A stretch of DNA of 64,000 bases from an uncultured bacterium (GCA_963844965.1 CAWJQC010000007.1:192001-256000); one strand, 5' to 3'; numbered from the stretch's first letter, positions 36,497-46,639 are shown. Notes: generated by a model not told the origin, from the sequence alone. Program-made: numbers and translations.

Positions 36497-37210
36497 ATGG
36501 AATTTCAAACAGGAAAAAATCAACCAATGGTAGTATTTCAATCCGTATCAAAGATTTACAACAGCCACGCAACCGCGCTGGAAGACGTGGATTTTCAGAT
36601 CAGTCCGGGCGAATTCGTGTCTCTGACCGGCCGTTCCGGAGCGGGGAAATCAACGGTCATTAAGCTTCTTGTCGGCGAGGAGAAGCCGTCAAAGGGCAGA
36701 ATTTTTTTCAGCCAATACGAGGTGAATAAGATAAAGGACAGCGACCTTCCGGCCTTCCGGCGGCATATCGGCGTTATTTTCCAGGATTTCCGCCTCCTGC
36801 CGACCAAGAACGCTTACGAGAACGTGGCGTTCGCGCTGGAAGTCGCCGGCCGGCCGCAGAGGGAAATTAAGGAACTTGTGCCGCAAGTGCTGGACATGGT
36901 CGGTTTGAGCGACAAGGCCGGAAATTTCCCGCACGAACTTTCGGGAGGAGAAAAACAAAGAGTGGCCATCGCGCGCGCGATGATCCACCGGCCGGAAATC
37001 ATCATCGCCGACGAGCCGACGGGAAATCTGGATCCCTTGAACACGTACGATATCATCAAGCTTCTTGAAAAGATTAACCAGCTTGGCACGACACTGCTCT
37101 TGGCCACTCACGACAGGGAAATAATCAACACGCTCGAGAGAAGAGTGATTACCTTGGATCGCGGGCGCGTGATAAGGGACGAGGCGAAAGGGAAGTACAT
37201 TCTCGTTTAA
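36497..37210 (+). CDS. ftsE: cell-division ABC ATPase FtsE-like
   Basis: Walker A GRSGAGKST, signature LSGGEKQRVAIARA, Walker B IIIADEPTGNLD; 237 aa; ftsX lies nearby. Confidence 0.8.
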   Translation: MEFQTGKNQPMVVFQSVSKIYNSHATALEDVDFQISPGEFVSLTGRSGAGKSTVIKLLVGEEKPSKGRIFFSQYEVNKIKDSDLPAFRRHIGVIFQDFRLLPTKNAYENVAFALEVAGRPQREIKELVPQVLDMVGLSDKAGNFPHELSGGEKQRVAIARAMIHRPEIIIADEPTGNLDPLNTYDIIKLLEKINQLGTTLLLATHDREIINTLERRVITLDRGRVIRDEAKGKYILV

Positions 37211-37301
37211 TTGTTAACCGCGGTCAACAATTAAACGAGAAATTTTTAATTTCCAATTTCTAATTTTCAAACCGGGGATAGATGAAGTTCTTAGCTTCCA
37301 A

Positions 37302-37703
37302 ATGTTTAAAAATTGCAAAATTGTAAAATTGAAAATTGCGTCGGAAAGGGGTTTCGCGCCGATTCTCATAATTCTCATCGCCGCTGCCGTCATTTTTGGC
37401 GGAGTTTTGTATTACGCGAAGGTTTTGAAAAAGCCGGCGCAGGTGGCTTGCACGCAGGAAGCAAAGCAGTGTCCTGACGGAAGTTACGTAGGCCGCGTTG
37501 GCCCTAACTGCGATTTTGCGCCTTGTCCGGTGTCGTCCTCTACGCAATCGGCGGCAACGAGTTCGGTTGATACTTCAACCTGGCAAACCTATCGCAACGA
37601 GAAGTATGGGTTTGAGATGAAATATCCTGTAGATTGGGAATTTCAAGAGTTACCATCCAACCCCGACGATTTTATGTTTAAGTCTAAGATTCGAGAAGAG
37701 TGA
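37302..37703 (+). CDS. hypothetical membrane-anchored protein; C-terminal segment paralogous to the next ORF
   Basis: N-terminal TM; STWQTYRNEKYGFEMKYP parallels STWKIYKNVKYGFRFMYP at 37970-38040. Confidence 0.4.
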   Translation: MFKNCKIVKLKIASERGFAPILIILIAAAVIFGGVLYYAKVLKKPAQVACTQEAKQCPDGSYVGRVGPNCDFAPCPVSSSTQSAATSSVDTSTWQTYRNEKYGFEMKYPVDWEFQELPSNPDDFMFKSKIREE

Positions 37704-37876
37704 GGTTAGTATAACTCCGACTCGTGCTTGTGAATATGGGTCGCCGTTTGGACAACCAATAATAACAACCACCACCATTGGCGGCGCAAATACAAAAAGA
37801 GCGGACTGGCCCGACCTTTCTGAGTTGCACGTACTAGATCCGAAGCCGAATTGGTCCTTGGACAATTGTGTTGTGA

Positions 37877-38437
37877 TTTTGCCTGGAGAATCTTGGAAAC
37901 GAAATAACTCAAATCCTCTCCACGTTCAAATTTATATCTCCGACAGCCCAGCCGCAGTCAAATCTAACAATTAACACTTCAACCTGGAAGATTTATAAAA
38001 ACGTCAAATACGGTTTCAGGTTTATGTATCCGCCGGACCACACGCCGTATGTTTCGGTGGACACGGCAAACAGCAAACTTGTTCCTGCGACGACTTCAAG
38101 CGAGTCGGTGAGTATCGCCGAAGACGAAACCAATGCGATTGCGGGCGGGGGAGTCGTTCTCAAAATGCAACCTGTTCTGGTTGACGAGCGTATAAGCACC
38201 TGGCTTGACGACAATCTAAAAACTTATGTTACGGACCCGGCGGCGGTTTCACAGAAGAACATGACTGTTGCCGGGAAAACCGCGGTTGAAATTACAGTCC
38301 CCCAATCCACTGCCGGCGCGAAAGTTTACAGGCTCTGCGTGATCCAGCCCGGCAATTATTTCATCGTTATCACAGAAACCGCGCCGAGCGCGCTCTTTGA
38401 TGCTATATTTTCCACCATTTCGTTCAGCCCGTATTGA
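37877..38437 (+). CDS. hypothetical protein (stop-to-stop ORF; first ATG at 38024; start uncertain)
   Basis: Shares a duplicated motif with the upstream ORF; could be one gene disrupted by a frameshift. Confidence 0.35.
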   Translation, partial: FCLENLGNEITQILSTFKFISPTAQPQSNLTINTSTWKIYKNVKYGFRFMYPPDHTPYVSVDTANSKLVPATTSSESVSIAEDETNAIAGGGVVLKMQPVLVDERISTWLDDNLKTYVTDPAAVSQKNMTVAGKTAVEITVPQSTAGAKVYRLCVIQPGNYFIVITETAPSALFDAIFSTISFSPY

Positions 38438-38480
38438 TTGAGGTGTTGCGCGTTGCCATTATTATTGTTATAGTCATATT

Positions 38481-39389
38481 ATGTTTACCGTTATCTCCCG
38501 CATAATTCATTTCGGCTTAAAGAATTTCTGGCGGAACGGCTGGCTTTCAACGGCCACCGTGGCCATTATGGTACTGGCTTCGCTTATGCTCGTGGGGCTC
38601 GTGCTCTTCGGCGTGATTTCCAGCAGTGCGGCGGCTTCCATCCAGGACAAGATTGACATAAGCGTTTATTTCAAAACCACCACCTCCGAGGACCAGATTT
38701 TAAATATCAAACAATCGCTTGAGCAACTCTCTCAGGTGAAAAACGTTGATTATGTTTCCCAGGACCAAGCCCTCGCGATTTTCAAGGAAGCTCACAAGGA
38801 CGATCCCACCATAAGCCAGGGGATAAACGAGTTGGATACGAATCCGCTTGAAGCGTCGCTCAATATCAAAGCTAACAAGCCGGACCAGTACGGGACCATA
38901 GCCGACTACCTGAACTCGGCGAATCTGAGTTCATATATAGACAAGGTGAGTTATTCGGACACCAAGACCATGATTGACAGGTTGACCGCTATTATTAACA
39001 ACGTCACGCGCGGCGGCTTCATACTGACCGTTGTCCTCGCGCTCGTCGCCGGATTGGTGGTTTTCAACACCATACGGCTTGCCATATATTCCAATCGCGA
39101 AGAGATCGGTATTATGCGCGTCGTCGGCGCCTCCAACAGTTTGGTCCGCGGACCGCTTGTCGTTGAAGGAATAATTTCCGGCGTGCTCGCGGCAATCTTG
39201 AGCGTAGCGATCGCGGCGCCCATCGTCTATTTTCTGTCGCCGTATATCAAGATTTTCATAGCCGGTTTGGATATTTTCCAGTATTTCTACGCGAACATCG
39301 GCCGACTGTTTCTGTACCAGCTTTTGTTCGGAGTGGGTATCGCCAGTTTGTCCAGTTTGGTTGCCGTGAGAAGGTATCTGAAGAACTAG
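38481..39389 (+). CDS. ftsX: cell-division permease FtsX-like
   Basis: N-terminal TM, large periplasmic loop, three C-terminal TMs; typical FtsX layout. Confidence 0.8.
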   Translation: MFTVISRIIHFGLKNFWRNGWLSTATVAIMVLASLMLVGLVLFGVISSSAAASIQDKIDISVYFKTTTSEDQILNIKQSLEQLSQVKNVDYVSQDQALAIFKEAHKDDPTISQGINELDTNPLEASLNIKANKPDQYGTIADYLNSANLSSYIDKVSYSDTKTMIDRLTAIINNVTRGGFILTVVLALVAGLVVFNTIRLAIYSNREEIGIMRVVGASNSLVRGPLVVEGIISGVLAAILSVAIAAPIVYFLSPYIKIFIAGLDIFQYFYANIGRLFLYQLLFGVGIASLSSLVAVRRYLKN

Positions 39390-39441
39390 CGCGCTTCGCG
39401 TTTGCAGTCCGATTGATAAACTGATAAACCGAGCCAATCAG

Positions 39442-39717
39442 CTAAAACAACCTTGGTGCGGCATTTTCGCCGTTCGCCTTGGTTCTGCGGCGCTTGTCCC
39501 TGGTGACGTTCGCGGACGCCTCTTCGCGCGGCCGAGCGATCTTAATCTTCCGCTCTATCATTTTCTGCAGGTCTGCCACCCGGACTTTCCACTCCTTGCC
39601 GATTTTGAATCCGGGAAGCTTGCCCTTCTTGCACCACTCCCTCGCCGTTTCTTTGGTCACGCCGAAAAACTTGGCAAGCTTCTCCGCTCCGTAGATTTTT
39701 TCTCCACCTTGCGCCAT
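39442..39717 (-). CDS. small HTH_17/excisionase-family DNA-binding protein
   Basis: KLAKFFGVTKETAREWCKKGKLPGFKIGKEWKV HTH pattern. Confidence 0.55.
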   Translation of the reverse strand: MAQGGEKIYGAEKLAKFFGVTKETAREWCKKGKLPGFKIGKEWKVRVADLQKMIERKIKIARPREEASANVTRDKRRRTKANGENAAPRLF

Positions 39718-39859
39718 TTATGCTTGATATAAAGATTATACCACGTTTTGCCGCGAGTGGGTTCTCATTCGCTGTTTTGGTTTGCCATACCGGGACTTGA
39801 CATAAATGCCGACTTCAAAGTTGCGGCAAATTAAATAGGATAGATAATTATAGATAATC

Positions 39860-40480
39860 ATGAATTTCGGAGTAGCCATCGTGGCGATTACTGCGCTGGG
39901 GTGCGTCAGCAACTGGCTCAACTGGCGTTATTTGAATTATAAAATTACGCGGTTGCTGTATTACCTCGGCGCTTTTATTCACGAAACATCTCACGCCGTA
40001 TTTTGCGTTCTGACCGGAGCGAAGATTGTTGAATACAAAGTTCTTTCGTTGCAGCCCCGTGTCGTTCATACCAGATCCAAGCTGCCGTTCTTAGGCGAAC
40101 CACTGATTTCTTTGGCGCCAATCATGGGCGGATTGTTCTTTCTATACGCGGTCAATCGGTATTTTTTGGCCGGTTATTTCAGTGTCCCGCAATTTTCCGG
40201 CTGGCAGGATATTGTTGCTGGAATAATCCGGCTTTTCGCGCAGATTAACCTTTTGCAGTGGCAGAGCTGGGTCATGATTTTGCTTTTCTTCAACCTCGGG
40301 GCAATGATCGGATCTTCTCCGCGTGATCTGAGGAATATATGGCCGTTCATAATTCTTTCCTTTTTCGCGAGATTGGCAACGGCGAATTTCGCCCTGCTTG
40401 TCATCGCTCTCATCCTGACAAATATCGCGATTCAGACGGTTCTAATAATTTTCTTGGAAATTCTCGGATCTTTGCGGTAA
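39860..40480 (+). CDS. polytopic membrane protein with HExxH motif (putative zincin/M50-like peptidase)
   Basis: FIHETSHAV in a TM segment; multiple hydrophobic helices. Confidence 0.45.
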   Translation: MNFGVAIVAITALGCVSNWLNWRYLNYKITRLLYYLGAFIHETSHAVFCVLTGAKIVEYKVLSLQPRVVHTRSKLPFLGEPLISLAPIMGGLFFLYAVNRYFLAGYFSVPQFSGWQDIVAGIIRLFAQINLLQWQSWVMILLFFNLGAMIGSSPRDLRNIWPFIILSFFARLATANFALLVIALILTNIAIQTVLIIFLEILGSLR

Positions 40481-40674
40481 ATTATGCGGCCATTTTTTGG
40501 TTCCGGTTCAGGTCCAGACGCTCGGCGTCGTGGCAAGCTGCCGCATGACGCGTGGCTTGACGCATTATTTTGTACACTATACACTTTTATTTCTGAATTT
40601 TGGTTATTTTGGTTCGAATCCAGGACGGGTCGGCAAATCTGCAAAACTTGGGATAAAGTTTTATAATTATTCTC

Positions 40675-41490
40675 ATGAACGCATCGAATACCGTTCCCAT
40701 CATCGAAGTCACTCGTCTCGTGAAGCGGTTCAAGAATTTCGCCGCGGTTGACGACATATCGTTCACCGTAGAAACCAGAGAAATCTTCGCGTTCCTGGGA
40801 CCGAACGGCGCAGGGAAGTCTACGACCATCAAGATGCTCATTACACTGCTTGCGCCCACAAGCGGTACGGCCACGATTGATGGGCACGATATTGTGCACC
40901 ACGCTTCCGAGGTACGCAATACAATTGGCTACGTACCGCAGATGATTTCTGTGGACGGTACACTTACGGCCTACGAGAATCTGATGCTTATGGCGCGTCT
41001 CTATGACATCCCGAAAGCGGAGCGGAAAGACCGCATCCGGGAAATGCTTTCGTTTCTCAAACTGGAAGAGCATACGGACGCACTCGTGCGCACGTTCTCT
41101 GGCGGGATGATCCGCAAGATGGAGGTTGGGCAAGCCATGCTCCATCGCCCCAAGGTGTTATTGCTTGATGAGCCGACGACCGGTCTTGATCCTGTTGGGC
41201 GGCAGAGCGTGTGGGAGCATCTCTTTGAACTACGCAACCGGTTTGGTACTACCATTTTCTTCTCTACGCACAACATGGAAGAGGCAGATGAGGTGAGTGA
41301 CCACGTCGCGGTGATGAACAGAGGGAAAATCGCGGCGATGGGTACAGCAGAAGAACTGAAAGCGAAAACAGGGAAGTTCGATGCTACGCTTGAGGACGCT
41401 TTCATTTTCCTTACTGGCAACAAGTTGGATGAAACCGGCAATTTTCGAGAAATTCGCAGGGCCAGACGGATTGAACGACGATTAGGATAA
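40675..41490 (+). CDS. ABC transporter ATP-binding protein (ABC-2 exporter)
   Basis: GPNGAGKSTT, FSGGMIRKMEV, LLLDEPTTGLD motifs. Confidence 0.9.
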   Translation: MNASNTVPIIEVTRLVKRFKNFAAVDDISFTVETREIFAFLGPNGAGKSTTIKMLITLLAPTSGTATIDGHDIVHHASEVRNTIGYVPQMISVDGTLTAYENLMLMARLYDIPKAERKDRIREMLSFLKLEEHTDALVRTFSGGMIRKMEVGQAMLHRPKVLLLDEPTTGLDPVGRQSVWEHLFELRNRFGTTIFFSTHNMEEADEVSDHVAVMNRGKIAAMGTAEELKAKTGKFDATLEDAFIFLTGNKLDETGNFREIRRARRIERRLG

Positions 41491-41504
41491 TAGTCGTCAC
41501 GCAT

Positions 41505-42281
41505 ATGCTCCACTACCTTTCACAAACGATCAAAAAATCATATGTGCTCGCAGAGATGGAAACGCGCAAGCTTCTCCACGATCCCACAGAGCTCATCTCC
41601 CGCGCCGTGCAGCCGATTTTGTGGCTGGGTATTTTCGGAGAAGCATTGAGTAAGGTGCGGGCGATACCGACGCCCGGTGTAACCTATCTCCAGTTCATCG
41701 CGCCTGGTATTCTTACGCAATCCGTCGTCTTCGTTGCCATCTTTTACGGCCTGTATATCATCATGGACCGAGACACTGGCATATTACAGAAACTACTGGT
41801 CACTCCCACGCCGCGTCTGGCCTTGGTCTGGGGGAAAATGATCTCCGCGGGCGTGAGGGGTCTTTCCCAGGCGCTAATCGTTTTCTTATTCGCCATCATT
41901 CTCGGCATTCAATTGCATATCACCTCGTGGTCAATCCTCGGAGTGGTTGTTATTGTCATGCTTGGCGCGGGCTTCTTCACGGGCCTTTCCATGATCATCG
42001 CCGCGATCGTGAAAACCCGGGAGCGGTTCATGGGTATTGGCCAAGTGATCACCCTCCCATTATTCTTCGCCTCGAATGCCATTTATCCGATCGCGATCAT
42101 GCCCGCATGGCTCCAGGTAGTAGCAAACGTAAACCCCTTGAGTTATATGGTGGACGGATTGCGGGCGCTCATGCTCTCGGGCAGTACTGCGGGGGTGGGC
42201 CTTGATATTGGCATACTTGTTGTTGTTACACTGCTTATATCAATGCTCAGCGCGTGGTTCTATCCAAAGGTGGTAATATAA
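41505..42281 (+). CDS. ABC-2 transporter permease
   Basis: Six TM segments; follows the ATPase gene. Confidence 0.75.
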   Translation: MLHYLSQTIKKSYVLAEMETRKLLHDPTELISRAVQPILWLGIFGEALSKVRAIPTPGVTYLQFIAPGILTQSVVFVAIFYGLYIIMDRDTGILQKLLVTPTPRLALVWGKMISAGVRGLSQALIVFLFAIILGIQLHITSWSILGVVVIVMLGAGFFTGLSMIIAAIVKTRERFMGIGQVITLPLFFASNAIYPIAIMPAWLQVVANVNPLSYMVDGLRALMLSGSTAGVGLDIGILVVVTLLISMLSAWFYPKVVI

Positions 42282-42286
42282 CAGGT

Positions 42287-42859
42287 ATGAACAACCCATC
42301 TATCGATAAATCAAAGACGGCACTGGTCGTGATTGATCTCCAAAAAGGCATCGCGGGACGGAAAACCGCTCCATATGCGTCTGCGGTCGTAATAAGGAAC
42401 GCGGCGGCGTTGGCCAATGCTTTCAGGGAGAATGGCATGCCGGTGTTCTTGGTGCGCGTCACACCGTCCCCGGATGGGAAAGATGCGTTGCGTCCAATTG
42501 TCGATGCAGCCATGCCGGTGTACACCCCGCCGCCGGACTGGGCAGAAATTGTTCCGGAAATGGGACCGAAGCAGGGTGATTTTATCATCACCAAACATCA
42601 GTGGGGCGCGTTCTACGGTACGGAACTCGACTTGGAGCTCCGAAGGCGGGGAATCACCACCATTGTGTTGTGCGGCATCTCGACGAATATCGGCGTGGAG
42701 AGCACCGCGCGGTTCGCGTATGAATATGGCTACCATCAAATTTTTGCGGAAGACGCCATGGCTGCCATGTCAGTCGAAGAGCATGCGTTCACGATCGCCA
42801 GGACGTTTCCACGTATTGGTCTTGTAAGGAAGACCGAAGACATATTGGCTTGCCTATAA
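42287..42859 (+). CDS. isochorismatase-family (cysteine hydrolase) protein
   Basis: KTALVVIDLQKG start, catalytic Cys in LCGISTNIGVEST. Confidence 0.8.
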   Translation: MNNPSIDKSKTALVVIDLQKGIAGRKTAPYASAVVIRNAAALANAFRENGMPVFLVRVTPSPDGKDALRPIVDAAMPVYTPPPDWAEIVPEMGPKQGDFIITKHQWGAFYGTELDLELRRRGITTIVLCGISTNIGVESTARFAYEYGYHQIFAEDAMAAMSVEEHAFTIARTFPRIGLVRKTEDILACL

Positions 42860-42992
42860 AAGAATCATAGTCATAGTTCGGACTCTAAGAATATCACTAG
42901 GTCTGGTACCAGACTCAGACCCGACCTGTCTTGGACTATGCCATCGGTTCAAAAAATCCTGATAGCACTTGGTCCATCGTACAAAAACTCGG

Positions 42993-43066
42993 TGGCTGCG
43001 GGGCAGGGACTCGAACCCCGATACCGGCGTCCAGAGCGCCGTGTCCTACCGTTAGACGACCCCGCA
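42993..43066 (-). tRNA. tRNA-Gln (anticodon CTG), CCA encoded
   Basis: Reverse complement folds as acceptor tgcgggg/ccccgca, anticodon stem cggcg-ctCTGga-cgccg, T arm cgggg-ttcgagt-ccctg, 3' GCCA. Confidence 0.8.
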
Positions 43067-43161
43067 ATAGCTTTTGTATTATAAGTCCGGCGGCGAAAAT
43101 TTCAACTTCCGGTTTTTTGTATGTCTGTTGTTTTGGGTTATAATATGATTATAATAATCAA

Positions 43162-43565
43162 ATGCCTCAGCGTGAAAAACCATTGATACTCGTCACCGAC
43201 GACGATAAGGACTACCGCGAAGCCGTTGTTCTGCAATTGCAGGCGGCCGGCTTTGACACCATCCAGGCAAAAGACAGCAAGGACTCAATTCAAAAAGCCA
43301 AGGAATCCAGCCTGATCTTATTCTTATGGACGTTAACATGCCGCCGGGTCTTAACGGCATTGATACCGCACTGGAGCTCAAAGAAACGCCCGAAACGAAG
43401 GATATTAAGATCGTTTTTCTGAGCGGTTTGGAGAATCCGTGGCCGCTTTTCGGCGGAGAAAGGGGAGACGTGAGCAGGGAAATGGGAATGGAGGATTACT
43501 TCATAAAGACGAAGGATTTCAGCGAACTGGTGGCGAAAATCAAGAAGATTTTGAACGTAACGTAG
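43162..43565 (+). pseudogene. CheY-like single-domain response regulator with 1-nt deletion frameshift (CCC to CC near 43310); sequencing error possible
   Basis: ILVTDDD... then expected PDLILMDVNMP receiver motif continues in another frame (ORF 43326-43565 MDVNMPPGLNGI...). Confidence 0.7.
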
Positions 43566-43919
43566 GGTACCCGAGACCCATGGATGTCCGCCCCGACCGC
43601 AGTCGGGGCGTTTTTTGGCCGCGCGCACCGGCGTGTGCCCAGTAGTAGACCGAGCACCTCGCTTTCCTCAATGCCTTGAGGTTGGGCTGGGTTTTTGCAT
43701 AAAGCTGTAAATTTGTTGTTGTCAGCGCTGTGATAATGAAAGCGTGCGGGCGTTGCAGTGCTCGGCTCACTACTGGGTGTGTTATAATGTAATCAATGGT
43801 CCCGTTAGAAGCCGCGATCGCTTTGGCGGGACAGTTGATGTTTTTTTGGACATAAGATAGTCGTTTTCCCAAATTAAATAAATTTAGCAGGTTACTTATC
43901 GCGATCTGCTTCTAACGGG

Positions 43920-45169
43920 ATGGCTGAATTAAAACGCGACGCCTCTTTTCTTAAAATAGAGATAGAAAAAGATCTCGCGCGGCAGGTGGACAAGGTCTCC
44001 GTCGTTTCCTTGGTTGACTTGCTGGTGGAGTACGCTTATATCTTGCGCGCTTCCGACATCCACATTCAACCCGAGGAAAATTCGTTGCGCATCCGTTACC
44101 GCATAGATGGTCTCCTCCAGGATATTTTCCAGAAGATGACCATTCGCAAGGACATCCAGCCCGAAATCATCAGCCGCATAAAAGTTCTCGCCGGCTTGCG
44201 CACTGACGAGCACCTTGCTTCGCAGGACGGGAGGATCAAGGTTAAGGTCAAGGATTTCGGCGAAATCAGCGTCCGTGTTTCCATCGTGCCGACGTACAAC
44301 GGGGAGAACGCCATTTTGAGGGTGCTTGCCGAAACGCAGGGATTTACCGTGAACGATTTGGGATTTTTGCCGAACGACCTGAAGAAAGTTACGCACGCCA
44401 TGACGAAGCCCTACGGTATGATCCTCGCGAACGGTCCGACCGGTTCCGGTAAGACAACGACCCTCTACACGATTTTAAAAACCTTGAACAAGCCGGATAT
44501 TTCCATAGTGACCATAGAAGACCCTATTGAGTACGCATTGCCGGGAACCTCGCAAATTCAGACCAACGCCGACATAGGATTCACGTTCGCGAGCGGTCTC
44601 AGATCAATTCTGCGCCAAGATCCTGAACATCATCATGGTGGGCGATAATCCGCGACGAAGAGACGGCGGGAATAGCGGTGAACGCGGCCCTGACCGGCCA
44701 CCTCGTGCTTTCAACTCTGCACACCAACGATTCAGCAACAACCTTTCCCCGGCTCATAGATATGGGTGTGCCGCCATTCCTCGTAGCTTCAACGGTTAAC
44801 GTGGCGATGGGCCAGCGTCTTGTCCGGATGATATGCCAGAAGTGTAAGCAGCCGCGTAATTTTAGCGAGATGGAAATAAAAAGTTTGGCGGAAATCATTC
44901 CGGAGTCGGCAAAATATCACGGCAAGTTTTTCATAGGGAAAGGATGCCCCGCCTGCAATGGAACCGGCTATATCAGCCGCACTGGCATACGCGAAGTGTT
45001 GGAAGTGAACGAGACAATCAGCCAGCTTATCATGAACCGCGCGAACGCCAAGCAGATAAAGGATGCTGCTGTCAAAGCCGGAATGACCACGATGACAGAA
45101 GATGCCTTGGAGCGCGCTTCCAAGGGAGTCACCTCCATTGAGGAAATTTTGCGCATTATACACGAGTAG
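43920..45169 (+). pseudogene. pilB: type IV pilus assembly ATPase PilB/GspE family, disrupted by two single-nt insertions 18 nt apart (about 44626 and 44644)
   Basis: Walker A GPTGSGKTT; the DPDIIMVGEIRD motif is recoverable only by shifting frames twice; downstream ORF 44678-45169 carries the [14 protein letters not shown] and CxxC Zn motifs. Confidence 0.8.
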
Positions 45170-45308
45170 CGCGATGAATCCCGTTAGAAATCCTGCCGGC
45201 AGGCAGGCGCGGACGCTTTTCCAATGACACACCTATTGAACGGTCGAAGTATGTTAAGCAACAACGGTAGGCGCGGAGTTTTTCCGTCCGCGTCCTATTT
45301 CTAACGGG

Positions 45309-46388
45309 ATGAACAAATTTCAGAGAATTCTTTCCCGATTATTTGACAGCGTCCCGCTTCAGGACAAAATTAATTTCGCGCGGCATATGGCGCTTATCAT
45401 AAAAGCCGGATTGCCGATATACCAGGGACTGGGGATTATCCGCGCCCAAACGACTTCCAAGGTGCTCCTTAAGGTGATAGACAGCGTTATGGAAGACGTG
45501 AACAACGGGAAGTTTCTTGCCGACGGGTTGGAAAAATTTGAATATCTTTTCGGGACTTTTTTTGTGAACATCATCCGCGTGGGGGAATCGAGCGGGACCC
45601 TCGCCAAGAATTTCTTGTATCTTGCCGAAGAACTCAAAAAATCCAAAGCGCTCAAAAGCAAGGTCACTTCGGCAATGATATATCCGCTTGTGATTTTTGC
45701 TATGACTTTGGGAGTGACGGGTTTTCTGGCGTTTTTCGTTTTCCCGAAACTTCTGCCGGTATTCGCGAGCTTGAACGTCAAGCTGCCCATAACCACCGTC
45801 ATAATGATGGGCGTCCTCCAGTTTTTGCGCGAGTATTTCATAGAGCTCATAATCGGGGTCGTCATTCTTGTTGTCGCAGTTAGGATGATTATTAAGTACG
45901 TAACGCCGATAAAGTTCCTTCTGGATAAGTTGATTCTTGTAACGCCGGTAATCGGGCCGCTTTCCGTTGATGTTAATATGGTCAATTTTACGCGCGTCTT
46001 TGGATTGCTTTTGAAGAGCGGCGTAAAAATCTTGGAGGCGGCCATGATAACATCAAATACTTTTGAGAATATCGTCTACAGACGGGCGCTCGTAGCCGCG
46101 AAAGATGAAGTTCAGAAAGGCGGCCAGCTCGCGACCTATATGGGCGAAAAAAAGAGATATTTTCCTCCGCTAGTGACCGGCATGATACGCATCGGTGAGG
46201 ATACCGGCAATCTGGAAGAAAACCTGGACTACCTTTCGGAATATTACGAGGACGAAGTTGATACCAAGCTGCACGTTTTGACGAGCGTTCTTGAACCCTT
46301 GATGCTGCTTTTCATGGGGCTTCTCGTCGGATTCGTTGCTTTGTCCATTATCACGCCAATTTACTCCATTTCGCAGGGCATCCAGTAG
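45309..46388 (+). CDS. pilC: type IV pilus inner-membrane platform protein PilC (GspF family)
   Basis: Two GspF repeats and three TM segments; follows pilB. Confidence 0.85.
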   Translation: MNKFQRILSRLFDSVPLQDKINFARHMALIIKAGLPIYQGLGIIRAQTTSKVLLKVIDSVMEDVNNGKFLADGLEKFEYLFGTFFVNIIRVGESSGTLAKNFLYLAEELKKSKALKSKVTSAMIYPLVIFAMTLGVTGFLAFFVFPKLLPVFASLNVKLPITTVIMMGVLQFLREYFIELIIGVVILVVAVRMIIKYVTPIKFLLDKLILVTPVIGPLSVDVNMVNFTRVFGLLLKSGVKILEAAMITSNTFENIVYRRALVAAKDEVQKGGQLATYMGEKKRYFPPLVTGMIRIGEDTGNLEENLDYLSEYYEDEVDTKLHVLTSVLEPLMLLFMGLLVGFVALSIITPIYSISQGIQ

Positions 46389-46392
46389 CTCC

Positions 46393-46531
46393 AACTTTCT
46401 ATTTTTGAGAACCGGCGTCACGAATGCTCCAGCGGCATTCGTGCGCCTGCATCTCGCTCCGACGGCGTCCGATTAAAATCGGACGACCAAGCCCGTCGGA
46501 GCTCCGATAGCTTCTCAAAAATAGAAAGTTT
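46393..46531. repeat. 139-bp nested palindrome: 17-bp AT-rich terminal inverted repeats enclosing three GC hairpins
   Basis: ctttctatttttgagaa (46396-46412) versus ttctcaaaaatagaaag (46512-46528). Inner stems cacgaatgc/gcattcgtg, gctccgacgg/ccgtcggagc, cgtccgat/atcggacg. Confidence 0.7.
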
Positions 46532-46639
46532 CCGCGATGGGATTAAGGTGTTTTGCTGACGCAAAACAGCCTTTGTGAAGCAACACCCGGCGCTTTTGGA
46601 AATAAAAATCGCCCCGATCTGTCTGATCGGGGCGCGCTG

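Noticed and set aside
40432-41145. 237-aa minus-strand ORF.
   Set aside because: Antisense to a canonical ABC ATPase gene with all Walker and signature motifs.
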